The translations under genes and the position numbers were made by a program. Below are positions 9,178 to 20,610 of a stretch of DNA of 64,000 nucleotides, in pieces. The stretch's first letter is position 1, and each line of letters starts with the position of its first letter. This DNA comes from an uncultured Pseudomonadota bacterium (GTDB taxonomy: Bacteria > Myxococcota_A > Polyangia > Fen-1088), in contig CAWKBC010000040.1 in assembly GCA_963847705.1 (NCBI GenBank), positions 1 to 64,000 on the forward strand, read 5' to 3'. The notes below the pieces were generated by a model. That model saw only the letters and a program-made list of their open reading frames with translations, was not told where the DNA came from and searched no databases.

Positions 9178-10352
9178 AAATAGTAGTGCAGTTGCAGCAT
9201 GAAGAGCGACGCGCTCGCCTCGTTGGTCGTGCTCGGCCCGATGAACTGGTACCGACCGAGGCCGACCAGCTCGAAGTGCGCCCAGGGGAAGAAGTTGACC
9301 TCGAGGTCGACGGCGTTGCGTCCGGTGCCGGCCACCGACAGGTCCTCCTGATAGCGCTCGTAGGCGAGCCCGGCCATGAGGCCGCGGGTCGGGAAGAACG
9401 TGGCACCCAGGTAGGAGACGAACTGGTTCTCCCCGACTGAACCCGTGCTCACCACCTGCCGAATGAAGTTCGCCTCGCCGAGGAGCAAGAACTTCGACTG
9501 CTCGACCCAGAGCTTGCCGACGGCGCCGAATTCGTAGCGGGTCGCCTCGGTGGCCACGCCGATGCGTGTTTGCAGGCCGAGCGCGGCGATGCTCTTGAAC
9601 CGCTTCTCGCCGTAGGCCGCGCCCCCGCTCTCCCGCACGCCGACCGATTGGAGCGCGTCGGGGAAGCTCTCCGGCGGCGGCGCGAACAGCGTCAGGTGCA
9701 GCTCCCAGTCGTCAGCGACGTATCCTCCGGAGATGTTGTAGGTCTCGTTGTAGATGTCGAAGCCGGTGTAGCGCTGCACGAAGAAGATGTGCTCGACGAA
9801 GCGCAAGCCATAGGGGGCGAAGAACTTGCCGATCCGCAGATAGGGCCCGGTCGGGCTGGGCCGCCACATCAGATAGTGCTCATTCGAGATCAACCGATCG
9901 GTGACGGAGTCGATCCGGTTGTCGAAGGTCTGGTCGCGGCCGACGTCGCCCCGGATCCCGCCTTCGAGGTAGAGCGAGAACTGATCGCCGAAGGCGAACC
10001 GCGCGTAGCCGTCGGCCTGCATCGGGAAAAACGAATACTCGGGCGACTCCGCCCCACCCGACGAGTTGATGAGGGCTGCCAGCCGGACGTCGGCCCCCAG
10101 CGCCAGCCAGGAGGGCGGCGCCCACAGACCGTGAAGGAATGCGCCGTCGCCGCCGAGGCTGATGGTGTCGCCCGCCTCGTCGCGCCCCCAGGAGGTGATG
10201 AGGCCGCCCCCCGCGGGATCGTAGTGGCACTGGCTGCAGCGGGTGGTCCCCGAGGAGAACTGAAACTGCGGGTAGGCGGAGGCCGCGCCGCCGAGGGAGA
10301 GCAAGACGAGGCCCGCGGTCAGCGCGCAGAAGATGAGTCTTCGCATGTGCAT
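9174..10352 (-). CDS. Cytochrome c / beta-barrel porin fusion (Cyc2-like architecture)
   Basis: Signal peptide, YPQF..SG..RCSQCH...LITSWGR, amphipathic beta strands, C-terminal LQLHYYL. Confidence 0.7.
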   Translation of the reverse strand: MHMRRLIFCALTAGLVLLSLGGAASAYPQFQFSSGTTRCSQCHYDPAGGGLITSWGRDEAGDTISLGGDGAFLHGLWAPPSWLALGADVRLAALINSSGGAESPEYSFFPMQADGYARFAFGDQFSLYLEGGIRGDVGRDQTFDNRIDSVTDRLISNEHYLMWRPSPTGPYLRIGKFFAPYGLRFVEHIFFVQRYTGFDIYNETYNISGGYVADDWELHLTLFAPPPESFPDALQSVGVRESGGAAYGEKRFKSIAALGLQTRIGVATEATRYEFGAVGKLWVEQSKFLLLGEANFIRQVVSTGSVGENQFVSYLGATFFPTRGLMAGLAYERYQEDLSVAGTGRNAVDLEVNFFPWAHFELVGLGRYQFIGPSTTNEASASLFMLQLHYYL

Positions 10353-10368
10353 CTCGAACGTGGGGAGG

Positions 10369-10788
10369 TCAGTTGTCTTGCGCGCCCTGCGAGATCCAGT
10401 TCTCGATCAGCTGGATGTCGGCCTGGGGCAGCGGGTTGTCGGGGGGCATGCGGATCGATCCCTCGGCGTTCATCAGGTTCACGACCGGCGAGTACTGTGG
10501 GTAGCCGGGATAGACGTAAAAGGTCTGGAAGCCGCCGTCGCCGCTCTTGCCGACCAGCGTCTCGTAACCGATCCCGCGCGCGGAGAGATCGACGCCGCCC
10601 TGGTGCGTGATCGCGGAGTGGCAGTTCACGGTGGCGCAGCTCGGCTCCGTGATGGTGGCGGAGATGAACGCCCAGCTGGCGGGACGATCGTCGCTGCTGC
10701 CATTGCAGCCGCTGACCACAATCGAGAGGGCGGCTGCGACAACTGCCAAACAGGCCAGCCTCGGGGAGAGCATCGGGGGATTATGCAT
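10369..10788 (-). CDS. c-type cytochrome-like lipoprotein with CX4CH motif
   Basis: Lipobox VSGC, CATVNCH, RMPP..PLP..DIQLIENWISQGA. Confidence 0.7.
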   Translation of the reverse strand: MHNPPMLSPRLACLAVVAAALSIVVSGCNGSSDDRPASWAFISATITEPSCATVNCHSAITHQGGVDLSARGIGYETLVGKSGDGGFQTFYVYPGYPQYSPVVNLMNAEGSIRMPPDNPLPQADIQLIENWISQGAQDN

Positions 10789-12569
10789 CAAGGTGGATCA
10801 GGCTCAACTTTGATCGCCGATATCCATAGGGGGCTCTCGTCGTCGGGGCTAGTTGGAATTCCGCGCGAAGTTCCGACATCCACGTGCAACTTTCCGCCAG
10901 CGTGCGGGACGACCCCGCTGAGTGTGATGGGAGTCGCCTCGGCCGGCCAGCCGGCCTGTGCCAAAGTGGCCCCGTCGGCCGCCAAGTCAACCGTCGCGCG
11001 AACCGCTGGGCCCGTCGCCTCCGCACGCATGGAGACGCGATAGCGCCCCACAGGCAGGTCGAGATCGAAGGCGGCAGCCGCCCGGGGCCCGGAGAGCCGC
11101 AGCCCGAAGCCGTCCCAGACGCCCCGCACCGGCGAGGGGGCCGCCCCCGGCGCGGGCTCGGTCGCGCGCACGTCACAGAGACGCTTGCCGCCGGCCACCT
11201 GGCAGACGCAGACCGCCCAGCGGTTCCTGTCGCGCAGGGCGGTCCCGGCGCTGATGACCCGAGGCCAGCCGACGAAGAGCAGCGCCAGGATTCCCCCGGC
11301 GACCAGCCCCTCGCGCGCCACCCGGCGGCGGGCCCCGCGGCGGGCCGTCTCGTCGCGACGAAAGAGATCTCTCGCGGCGGTCACGACCCAGGCCAGCCCG
11401 TTCCCGGCGAACGGCAGCAGGAGGACCACGATCGCCAGGTGGTAGCGGGCCTCGGCAAAAAACAGCGTGTAGAGGACCAGCAGCGCCAGCGGCAGCGGCA
11501 GCAGGGTCAGTGCCGGCCAGTTGCGCCGCGCGGCCGCGGCCACGATCCCGATCACCATCGCCGCGATCATCAGATAATAGCTGTCGTCGACCAACCGCTC
11601 GATGCCGGCCCGGTGGGCGTCGAACCAGCTGCCGGGCGGCAGCACGCTCTGGCGGTAGAGGGGCCAGTAAAGCAGCGGGCGCTCGGCCCCCAGGAGACGA
11701 TCGGCCTTGGCCACGAGCAGACCGAGCGCGTAGCGCGGCGAGAAGGCGGTCCACTGCTTGGCCAGCGCGTAGGCGACGCGATCGGATTCCCGGTGTGGGG
11801 GCGCGAAGAGCGCGTAGCCGGTCCCCTCGGAGAACAGCCGATTGAGCGAGCGGCTGTAGCTCCCGTCGGAGTTGGGGTTCGCGCCGACCAGCGCCGTGTG
11901 GCCGCCGTGGCTGTCGGTGAAGAAGAGCTCGCCGTAGACGTGGTGGTTGCGCAGCCCCCAAGGGAGCAGCACCAGGAAGGCGACGACCGCGGCGGCGAGG
12001 GTGCGGGTGACGACGTGCAGCCAGCTGGCGCCCCGGGCACGAAAGTGGAACGCCGCCAGCAGCACCAGCGGCAGCGCGACCGCCCGCACGTAGGCGGCGA
12101 GCCCCATCGCCAGGCCGAACGCCGCCGGCGCCCCCAGCGGCCGTCGCGCGGCGTTGCGCGCCAGCAGCCAGACCGCCAGCCCCAGCAGCGCCGCCGCCGG
12201 CATGTCGGTGCCGGTCACGCTGGAGACCGCGATCCCCGCCGGCCAGAGCGCGCAGAGGAGGCCCGCCGTGAACGCGGCGCCGCGGCCGAAGATGGCACGC
12301 GCCGTGCCGTAAACCGCCGCCGTGGCGAGCGCGCCGGAGGCGACACCGATCATCTTCACGGCCAGGAGGCCGCCGCCGAAGGCGTAGACGCCGGCCGCCA
12401 GGTAGACGTAGCCCGGCATGTAGATGAACTCGGGATCGAGCCCGTGGCGCTCGACGAGGTAGCGCGCCGACTCGAGGTACATCGCGAAGTCGCCCACCGG
12501 GCGCGTGGGGACGACCAGCACCCAGAGCAGGCGCACGGCGAGCGCCAGCGCGGTCAGCAGCAGCCCCAA
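10788..12569 (-). CDS. GT-C / family 39-like membrane glycosyltransferase
   Basis: Multi-TM, early PVGDFAMY acidic motif, LPWGLRN, ARYH; soluble C-terminal domain. Confidence 0.75.
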   Translation of the reverse strand: MGLLLTALALAVRLLWVLVVPTRPVGDFAMYLESARYLVERHGLDPEFIYMPGYVYLAAGVYAFGGGLLAVKMIGVASGALATAAVYGTARAIFGRGAAFTAGLLCALWPAGIAVSSVTGTDMPAAALLGLAVWLLARNAARRPLGAPAAFGLAMGLAAYVRAVALPLVLLAAFHFRARGASWLHVVTRTLAAAVVAFLVLLPWGLRNHHVYGELFFTDSHGGHTALVGANPNSDGSYSRSLNRLFSEGTGYALFAPPHRESDRVAYALAKQWTAFSPRYALGLLVAKADRLLGAERPLLYWPLYRQSVLPPGSWFDAHRAGIERLVDDSYYLMIAAMVIGIVAAAARRNWPALTLLPLPLALLVLYTLFFAEARYHLAIVVLLLPFAGNGLAWVVTAARDLFRRDETARRGARRRVAREGLVAGGILALLFVGWPRVISAGTALRDRNRWAVCVCQVAGGKRLCDVRATEPAPGAAPSPVRGVWDGFGLRLSGPRAAAAFDLDLPVGRYRVSMRAEATGPAVRATVDLAADGATLAQAGWPAEATPITLSGVVPHAGGKLHVDVGTSRGIPTSPDDESPLWISAIKVEPDPP

Positions 12570-12576
12570 GGGGCCT

Positions 12577-14199
12577 TTATATCGCGCCGGGAGTCCCCCG
12601 CCCTATCACGATCCAGTGGCCGAACTGCGCCCCACCCCGCGGCCAGTCGGGCAGGCGCGTGGGCCAACCGCCGGGGCGAGCGTAGCCGACCAGGTATTCG
12701 GCGCCGGTCGACAGCAGGCTGTCGCGCGCGGTGGCGCGCGGCTCGCGGGTGACGATCAGGGTGACCGACTCGGTCCAGGGGATCCCGGCGGCGTGGGCGA
12801 TCCCGATCTCGGCGAAAGAAAACGGCTCGATCATGACGCGCTCGCCGGGGCGGCGGACGGCGCGCAGGTGGGCGGCCAGCGCCCGATCCTCGCCGTCGAG
12901 CCGGGTGAGCGCCCCCATCGATTCGGCGCCCGCCCAGATCCGCTCGCGCCCTACGGTGGCGACCAGCCAGACGACGACGGAAAACGCGGCCGCCGAGGCG
13001 AACGCCGCGGCCCGGAAGGCGCGCGCTCGCTCGATCGGCACGGCGGTGACCGCCAGCGGCAGGAGCAAAGCCCCGGGGATCAGCGCGAAGCGCGCCAGCG
13101 GCTCGAAGCTCTGCGCGATGAGCCCCTCGGCGAGGTAGATCGCCGGCGGCCCCAGCGCGGCCACCACCACCAGGCGCATCGCCGGCGACAGCGCGCGCGC
13201 GCCGCGCTTGAGCGCCACGGCGGCCAGCACGGCGCCGGGCGGCGTCATGGCGGCGACAAAGGCCAGCGACCAGACGCCGAGCTGGCGCGCCCGCCCCAGC
13301 CAGGCCCCGTAGCGCGCCGCCGCCGACGCGCCCAGGCCGGCGTGGTCGCTGGAGATGTAGTGGGCGAAGAAGAGCGGATCGCCGCCCGACGCCGCCCCCC
13401 AGGCGAGCCAGGCGATCGGAAAGATCGACGCCGCCAGCGCGAAGACCACCAGGCCGCGCGTCACCGACGCCGGATCGGGCTTGCGGGCGAACCACCAGGC
13501 GGCGACGGCCACCATCGGCAGGGCCAGCCAGGCGTCATAGCGGGTGACCGCCGCCAGCGACGCCAGCAGGCCGGCGGCGGCGAACGTGCCCAGCTTCCGC
13601 GATTCCAGCGCGGCCAGGAGGCGCTCGAGCGCGCCGACCCAGAGAAGAAGATAGAGCGCCTCGCTCGACGCGGTGGTCGAGGCCTGCAGATGAAGCGGCG
13701 AGACCGCCAATGCGAAGGCGGCCAGCGGCGCGCGCGCCTCGCCGACCAACCGCCGGGCGAAGGCGAGAAACGGGAAGAAGACTGCCAGCCCGCAGAGCAA
13801 CGACAGATAGCGCGACGAGCGCGGCGCGTAGCGGTCGAGCGCAATGAACGGGCGCATCAGGGTCGTGTGGAGCGGTCCGAACTGGCAGTAGGTGCGCGGC
13901 ACGGCCGCGCTGGCGGGCTCGAGCACCATCCGCTCGGCGATGAGCGCGCGCATCGAGGCGTCGCCGTGCTTGTTCTCCGCGAACGGGAAGAGGCCGACCC
14001 GCAGCACGACCGCCAGCGCGAAGATGAGGAGCACGCCGGAGCGCTGGCCCGTCGCCGCGGTCCCCGTCGCCGAGGTCGACGAAGGCGAGGTCGACGAAGA
14101 CAGGGTCGACGAAGACAGGGTCGACGAAGGCAGGGTCGACGAAGGCAGGGTCGACGAAGGCAAGGTCGACGAAGGCAAGGTCAATGAAGGTGAGGTCAA
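12577..14199 (-). CDS. GT-C / ArnT-like membrane glycosyltransferase
   Basis: Multi-TM, HGDA, SEALY, TRYDAW motifs; Ser-rich repeat at the N-terminus. Confidence 0.7.
   Translation of the reverse strand: MTSPSLTLPSSTLPSSTLPSSTLPSSTLSSSTLSSSTSPSSTSATGTAATGQRSGVLLIFALAVVLRVGLFPFAENKHGDASMRALIAERMVLEPASAAVPRTYCQFGPLHTTLMRPFIALDRYAPRSSRYLSLLCGLAVFFPFLAFARRLVGEARAPLAAFALAVSPLHLQASTTASSEALYLLLWVGALERLLAALESRKLGTFAAAGLLASLAAVTRYDAWLALPMVAVAAWWFARKPDPASVTRGLVVFALAASIFPIAWLAWGAASGGDPLFFAHYISSDHAGLGASAAARYGAWLGRARQLGVWSLAFVAAMTPPGAVLAAVALKRGARALSPAMRLVVVAALGPPAIYLAEGLIAQSFEPLARFALIPGALLLPLAVTAVPIERARAFRAAAFASAAAFSVVVWLVATVGRERIWAGAESMGALTRLDGEDRALAAHLRAVRRPGERVMIEPFSFAEIGIAHAAGIPWTESVTLIVTREPRATARDSLLSTGAEYLVGYARPGGWPTRLPDWPRGGAQFGHWIVIGRGTPGAI
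14073..14199. repeat. 15-bp VNTR (GGTCGACGAAGGCAG-like), ~8 copies, encoding (TLPSS)n
   Basis: Tandem array visible directly. Confidence 0.9.
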
Positions 14200-15467
14200 T
14201 TTCCGGCGAGCGCCGCGCGGACCCGGGGCAGCGCGGCGTCGATCTCCGCCAGCGAGACGGCGCCGACCGAGATCCGGAACCAGCCGCTGTCCTCGCGCAG
14301 GCCGAACGCCTGAAACGGCACCAGCGCTAGGCCGGCATGATCGAGCAGCAGCTTCCGCGTCTCCTCGTTCGTCCGCCCCGGAAAGGCGAAGCGGACCGAC
14401 AGATAGATCGCCCCTTGCGGCGCGATCACCTCGACCGGCAGCCCCTCCTTGCGCATCGCCGCGAACCCGACCGCCAGGCGATCGAGCCGCTCGGCCACGC
14501 GCGGGCGCATCTCCCCGAGGTAGGCGTCGACCGCGGCGTCGTCATCGAGCAGCGCCGCCATCGCCACCTGCTCGGGACGCGGCGCCCAGGCTCCGACGTG
14601 ACCGAGGATGTCGGCCATCCGCTGCCGCGCCGCCGGCGGCATCACCGCCCAGCCGACGCGCAGGCCGGTGGCGGCGAAGCTCTTCGACGCCGCGTCGAGG
14701 ATGATCGTGTAGGGGGCCACCTCGGCGCAGACCTCCGGCGGCGTGACGTGCTTGGCGCCCCCGAACACCAGCTGCCAGTAGACCTGGTCGTAGCAGAGCC
14801 AGGCAGCCTTGGCGCCGGCCCGCTCGCGGCGGTGGTTCTCCTCGACGATCGCCTCGCAGATCGCCCGCAGCACCTCCGGATCGATCGCCGTGCCGGTCGG
14901 GTTGAGCGGCGAGTTGAGGAGGATGAGCCGCGCGTACGACAGGTGCGGGCGCAGATCGTCGACGGTGGGGAAGAAGTTCGACTCGGCCCGGACGGGGATC
15001 TCGATGGCCCGCGCGCCGCACAGGTAGGCGTAGTGGTTGTTGTTCCAGGACGGCACCGGATAGACCGCCACGTCACCGGGATCGAGCACCGTGCGGTACG
15101 ACCCGTAGAGCAGCGGGCGCGCGCCGCCGGTGATCAGCACCGACTCGACCGGGTACGACAGGTCGAGCCGCTTGGCGTAATAGCGCGCCACCGCCTCGCG
15201 GAGCCCGAGCACGCCGTCGGAGGGCGGGTAGTTCGTCTGGCCGGCCGCCAGCGCCGCCCGCATCCCGTCGAGCAGCGCGGTGGGCGCCGGAAACTGCGCC
15301 GGATCGAAGTCCCCGACGGTGAGGTTGCAGATCTCGGCCCCCTTGGCCTTGAGCGCGCGAATCTGGGCGGCGATGCGCAAGATCTCCGACCCGACCACGC
15401 CGCGCGCGAGGTCCGACAACGACGCGTCGGTGGTGGCTGCATCGCCGAGCTTGCCCACGAGATCCAT
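14196..15467 (-). CDS. PLP-dependent aminotransferase class I/II (aspartate aminotransferase-like)
   Basis: NSPLNPTG, YDQVY, SKSFAATGLRVGW. Confidence 0.92.
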   Translation of the reverse strand: MDLVGKLGDAATTDASLSDLARGVVGSEILRIAAQIRALKAKGAEICNLTVGDFDPAQFPAPTALLDGMRAALAAGQTNYPPSDGVLGLREAVARYYAKRLDLSYPVESVLITGGARPLLYGSYRTVLDPGDVAVYPVPSWNNNHYAYLCGARAIEIPVRAESNFFPTVDDLRPHLSYARLILLNSPLNPTGTAIDPEVLRAICEAIVEENHRRERAGAKAAWLCYDQVYWQLVFGGAKHVTPPEVCAEVAPYTIILDAASKSFAATGLRVGWAVMPPAARQRMADILGHVGAWAPRPEQVAMAALLDDDAAVDAYLGEMRPRVAERLDRLAVGFAAMRKEGLPVEVIAPQGAIYLSVRFAFPGRTNEETRKLLLDHAGLALVPFQAFGLREDSGWFRISVGAVSLAEIDAALPRVRAALAGN

Positions 15468-15527
15468 GCCCGGAGTATCGCACGTGGACCGGCGATCCGG
15501 AGCGCCGCCGCACCGGTGGAGAGCCCG

Positions 15528-16100
15528 TTACTTCGCCGGGACGGGAACGGCCGCGGCCGGCTCGCAGGTGCGGTGGCGGTTGCAGATCTCCGTCGGCTCG
15601 CAGGCGGGGTTGCACTGCGGAAGGCATTGCCCAGCGGTGCAGGAGAACCCCGGCGAGCAGATCGGCACGCAGCTCGCGTCAGGAGCGTCGGCAACGGGCG
15701 CGATCGCGGCGGGCGCTGCGGTCACGGCGCTCGGGCTGGCCGGCGGCAGGTCGTTGCGCAGCGCCACCGTCGCCGAGATGAACATCCCGGCGCCGTCGGG
15801 GTTGATCCCCTCCTTGAATCCGTAGGCCGTGTCGCCTCCCGCCGCACAGGTCTTGAGGCGCAATTTACCGAGGCAGGCGGCGCGCCCCAGGGCTCGGTTG
15901 CAGACGGCGCGCACCGACGCCAGATCGATGGAGGGGTACGTCGGGGGTGTGGTCGGAAAGAGCTGAACCGCACAGTTCTCCGGAAGGGGCGGCCGGCGCG
16001 GACCGTAGGGTGCGACCTCCGAGCTGGCGCACGAAGCGGTCAGCGCGACGGCCAACACGACGGCGCCAATCCCGCCTGCCCAACCGGTGAGGACCTTCAT
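15528..16100 (-). CDS. Hypothetical Cys-rich lipoprotein
   Basis: Lipobox TASC; C-terminal Cys-rich module CVPICSPGFSC...CNPAC. Confidence 0.65.
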   Translation of the reverse strand: MKVLTGWAGGIGAVVLAVALTASCASSEVAPYGPRRPPLPENCAVQLFPTTPPTYPSIDLASVRAVCNRALGRAACLGKLRLKTCAAGGDTAYGFKEGINPDGAGMFISATVALRNDLPPASPSAVTAAPAAIAPVADAPDASCVPICSPGFSCTAGQCLPQCNPACEPTEICNRHRTCEPAAAVPVPAK

Positions 16101-16128
16101 CGCGTGCGCGAAAACAAGCGCGCCGGCG

Positions 16129-18051
<1,923 letters not shown>

Positions 18052-18181
18052 GTTGGGCCTACGTTGAAGAACTTTCGGGGGAGATTCCAGTGAAAATTCG
18101 GTGCCGTACGGCGCTTCTGTGGGCCGAGCCCTTCACCGGAGCCGCCGGGGCCCATTTCGAGCGGCCGCCCGTCCAGACCCG

Positions 18182-20380
18182 TCAGAATTTCAGGGACATG
18201 CCGCCGACGAAATAGAAGTTCGGGTCGCCGGTGCCGATCAGGGCCTGGTTGTACTTCCCCTCGAACTCTTCCCGCGGGGTCAGGCCGTAGCTCTGGGTCA
18301 GCGGCACGAACTCGAACTGGAAGAACAGGGAGGTCAGCCGGTCGATGGCGGCCGTCGCCGAAAAGCCCACGTAGAAGCGGTGCCCGGTGAACCCCTGCGA
18401 GACGTCGCCGCCCGGGAACATCGTCGGGTCGACCGGGGCGTTGGCGGGCGGGTAGCCACAGTAGGCGTCCGCCGTGGTGCCGTTGTTCAGCTGCCCCTGG
18501 GTCGGGCAGAAGTGATCGTCCCAGGCCGAGAAGTGAAGGAAGGCGGAGACCATCGCCACGTCGGCGAAGGAGAGCGACGCGGTCGCATCCCAGTCGAAGA
18601 AGAACGAGCTGCGGCCGTTGACGCCGGTGCCGCCCCCGATGTTCGCGTCGGTGGCCATCGAGAAGGGGCCCACGTCGAGGAACTGCAGCCGGCCGCGCAG
18701 CGCGAAGTCGGTGATGTCGAACATCGTCTGGGCCTGGACGCCGACGTCGAGGCCGAGGTTCTTGTAACTCAGCGCGCCCACCATCACCCGCGTCGTGAGA
18801 TACCAGGGATAGCCGAGGCCGAAGTCGACCGTGACGCCGCCGACCGGATTGGCCCGCGCGCCGAACGAGGACATCTGGGTCCGCCGCCGCGCCACCTGCT
18901 CGGGTGACGGCCCGGTCGGAATCAGCTTCAGGTCGACCGAGAAGACCTTCTCGCGGCCGCCGTCGGCCTTCATCGTCTCCTTGTGGTCGAAGTAGCCCTT
19001 GAGGCGGAACTCGACCACGTGATCGCCGGCGGAGGCGTCGTGAACCACCGGCGTGTGGCCGATGAGCTCCCCGTCGAGCCGGACCTCCGCCCCCTCCGGC
19101 GTCGAGAGGATGCGCAGCGAGCCGGTCGCCGAGAGGTCGGCCACCAGCGTCACCGCCTGGTTCTCGACCAGCATGATCTCGCGCTTGAAGTCGGTGTAGC
19201 CGTCGCGGTGGACCGAGACGTAGTGCTTGCCGGGATCGAGATCGTTGCGGTCGACCGGGGCGCGCCCCAGGCTCGAGCCGTCCAGGAACACCTCGGCGTT
19301 GGGGATGGTCGACTGCACCTTGAGGCCACCGTGGGGCCGATCGGGCGGCGCCACCTCCATCCGGAAGCTGACGATGGCGTTCTCGTTGGTCGCCACCCGC
19401 ACCGTCTGTTCCTGGGGCTTGAACCCCTTCTTCCGCCCGCCGACGATGTGCTCGCCCGGCCGGGTGTCGGTCATCGTGACCGGCGCCTTTCCTTTGTCCT
19501 CACCGTCGATGAAGACCTCGACGTCGGGCTCGTTGGCGATGACGCGCAGGCTGCCATTGCCGCTGGCCGCGGCGCCGAAGCTGGCCGCGACCTTCACCTG
19601 CTGCCCCGCCAGCACGGTGACGGTCTGGCGCCAGGGGGGAATCCCCTCCTTGCGCACCTCGATCACGTGGTCGCCGGCGGTGACGTTCGGAATGATCGCC
19701 GGCGCCACGTCCTTGCGGGTGCCGTCGAGATAGACGTCGCCTCCCGCGTCGGAGGTCACCAGCAGCGTCCCGGACGGCGCCTCGGCGCGCACCAGCGACA
19801 CGTCGCGCGTCCGGTGCTCACCCTCGGCGAGATCGAACCAGTCGGAGAAGGGCTTGTAGCCGGGCTTGCGCACCTCCACCTGGTGGCGGCCGGCCGGCAG
19901 CTCGAAGACGTTGGGCGCCGTTCCACGGTCGGCGCCGTCGATGAAGACCTCGCCACCCGCGGCGCCGCCGTCGGGGCTGGTCTGCAGGTCGAGGCGGGCG
20001 AGCGAAGGGGCGCGCTCCAAGGTGAACATGAGCGGCTGGCTCCTGCGGACGTCCAGCGTCTGCTCCTGCGACTTGAAGCCGGCGACCTCGACGATCACCT
20101 TCACCGGACCCCGGGGCACCTTGAGCGTCATGGGTGTGTATCCAGCCACGCCGTAACTCTTCGGGTTGGGCGCGAGGCCCGAGTCCCAGTAGACCGTCCC
20201 CTGCTGCGGCGAGCTGTCGATCTTCAGCCGATGCGTCCGCCCCTTGATCCGCGGCCGGATGGCCGGGGCCTGCGGGGCGGCCTGCTGGGCCTGGGCCGTG
20301 AGGAGCTCGAAGCCTGGGGCGGCTCCACTCAGCGCCGCGCCGAACACCAGCAGCGCGGGGACCAACGAGGGACGTGCCAT
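18182..20380 (-). CDS. PEGA-domain protein with C-terminal beta-barrel-like region
   Basis: Repeated AEVFLDG..G.AP...G.H.VEV.K.GY PEGA units; signal peptide. Confidence 0.88.
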   Translation of the reverse strand: MARPSLVPALLVFGAALSGAAPGFELLTAQAQQAAPQAPAIRPRIKGRTHRLKIDSSPQQGTVYWDSGLAPNPKSYGVAGYTPMTLKVPRGPVKVIVEVAGFKSQEQTLDVRRSQPLMFTLERAPSLARLDLQTSPDGGAAGGEVFIDGADRGTAPNVFELPAGRHQVEVRKPGYKPFSDWFDLAEGEHRTRDVSLVRAEAPSGTLLVTSDAGGDVYLDGTRKDVAPAIIPNVTAGDHVIEVRKEGIPPWRQTVTVLAGQQVKVAASFGAAASGNGSLRVIANEPDVEVFIDGEDKGKAPVTMTDTRPGEHIVGGRKKGFKPQEQTVRVATNENAIVSFRMEVAPPDRPHGGLKVQSTIPNAEVFLDGSSLGRAPVDRNDLDPGKHYVSVHRDGYTDFKREIMLVENQAVTLVADLSATGSLRILSTPEGAEVRLDGELIGHTPVVHDASAGDHVVEFRLKGYFDHKETMKADGGREKVFSVDLKLIPTGPSPEQVARRRTQMSSFGARANPVGGVTVDFGLGYPWYLTTRVMVGALSYKNLGLDVGVQAQTMFDITDFALRGRLQFLDVGPFSMATDANIGGGTGVNGRSSFFFDWDATASLSFADVAMVSAFLHFSAWDDHFCPTQGQLNNGTTADAYCGYPPANAPVDPTMFPGGDVSQGFTGHRFYVGFSATAAIDRLTSLFFQFEFVPLTQSYGLTPREEFEGKYNQALIGTGDPNFYFVGGMSLKF

Positions 20381-20421
20381 GCGCAGTCGCAGGGTAACGG
20401 CTGAGCGCCCCCGAGGTCAAT

Positions 20422-20520
20422 CTACAACACAGGAACCCTGAGAGGGTTCCTGCGACCTCCCGCACTACAACACAGGAACCCGGGAGGGTTCCTGAAACCT
20501 CCCGCGAAGAGCTCGGCCGA
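20422..20520. repeat. Tandem ~43-bp hairpin repeat (two copies), REP-like
   Basis: CTACAACACAGGAACCC-N4/5-GGGTTCCTG..ACCTCCCGC occurs twice. Confidence 0.85.
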
Positions 20521-20610
20521 GCGGAGCTTGCCCGACCTCACGCGATTACGCCCCTGTGCATTCACACTCCTGGGCGGCGCATCCGCCGGCGTATATTCGC
20601 AGCCACAGTC

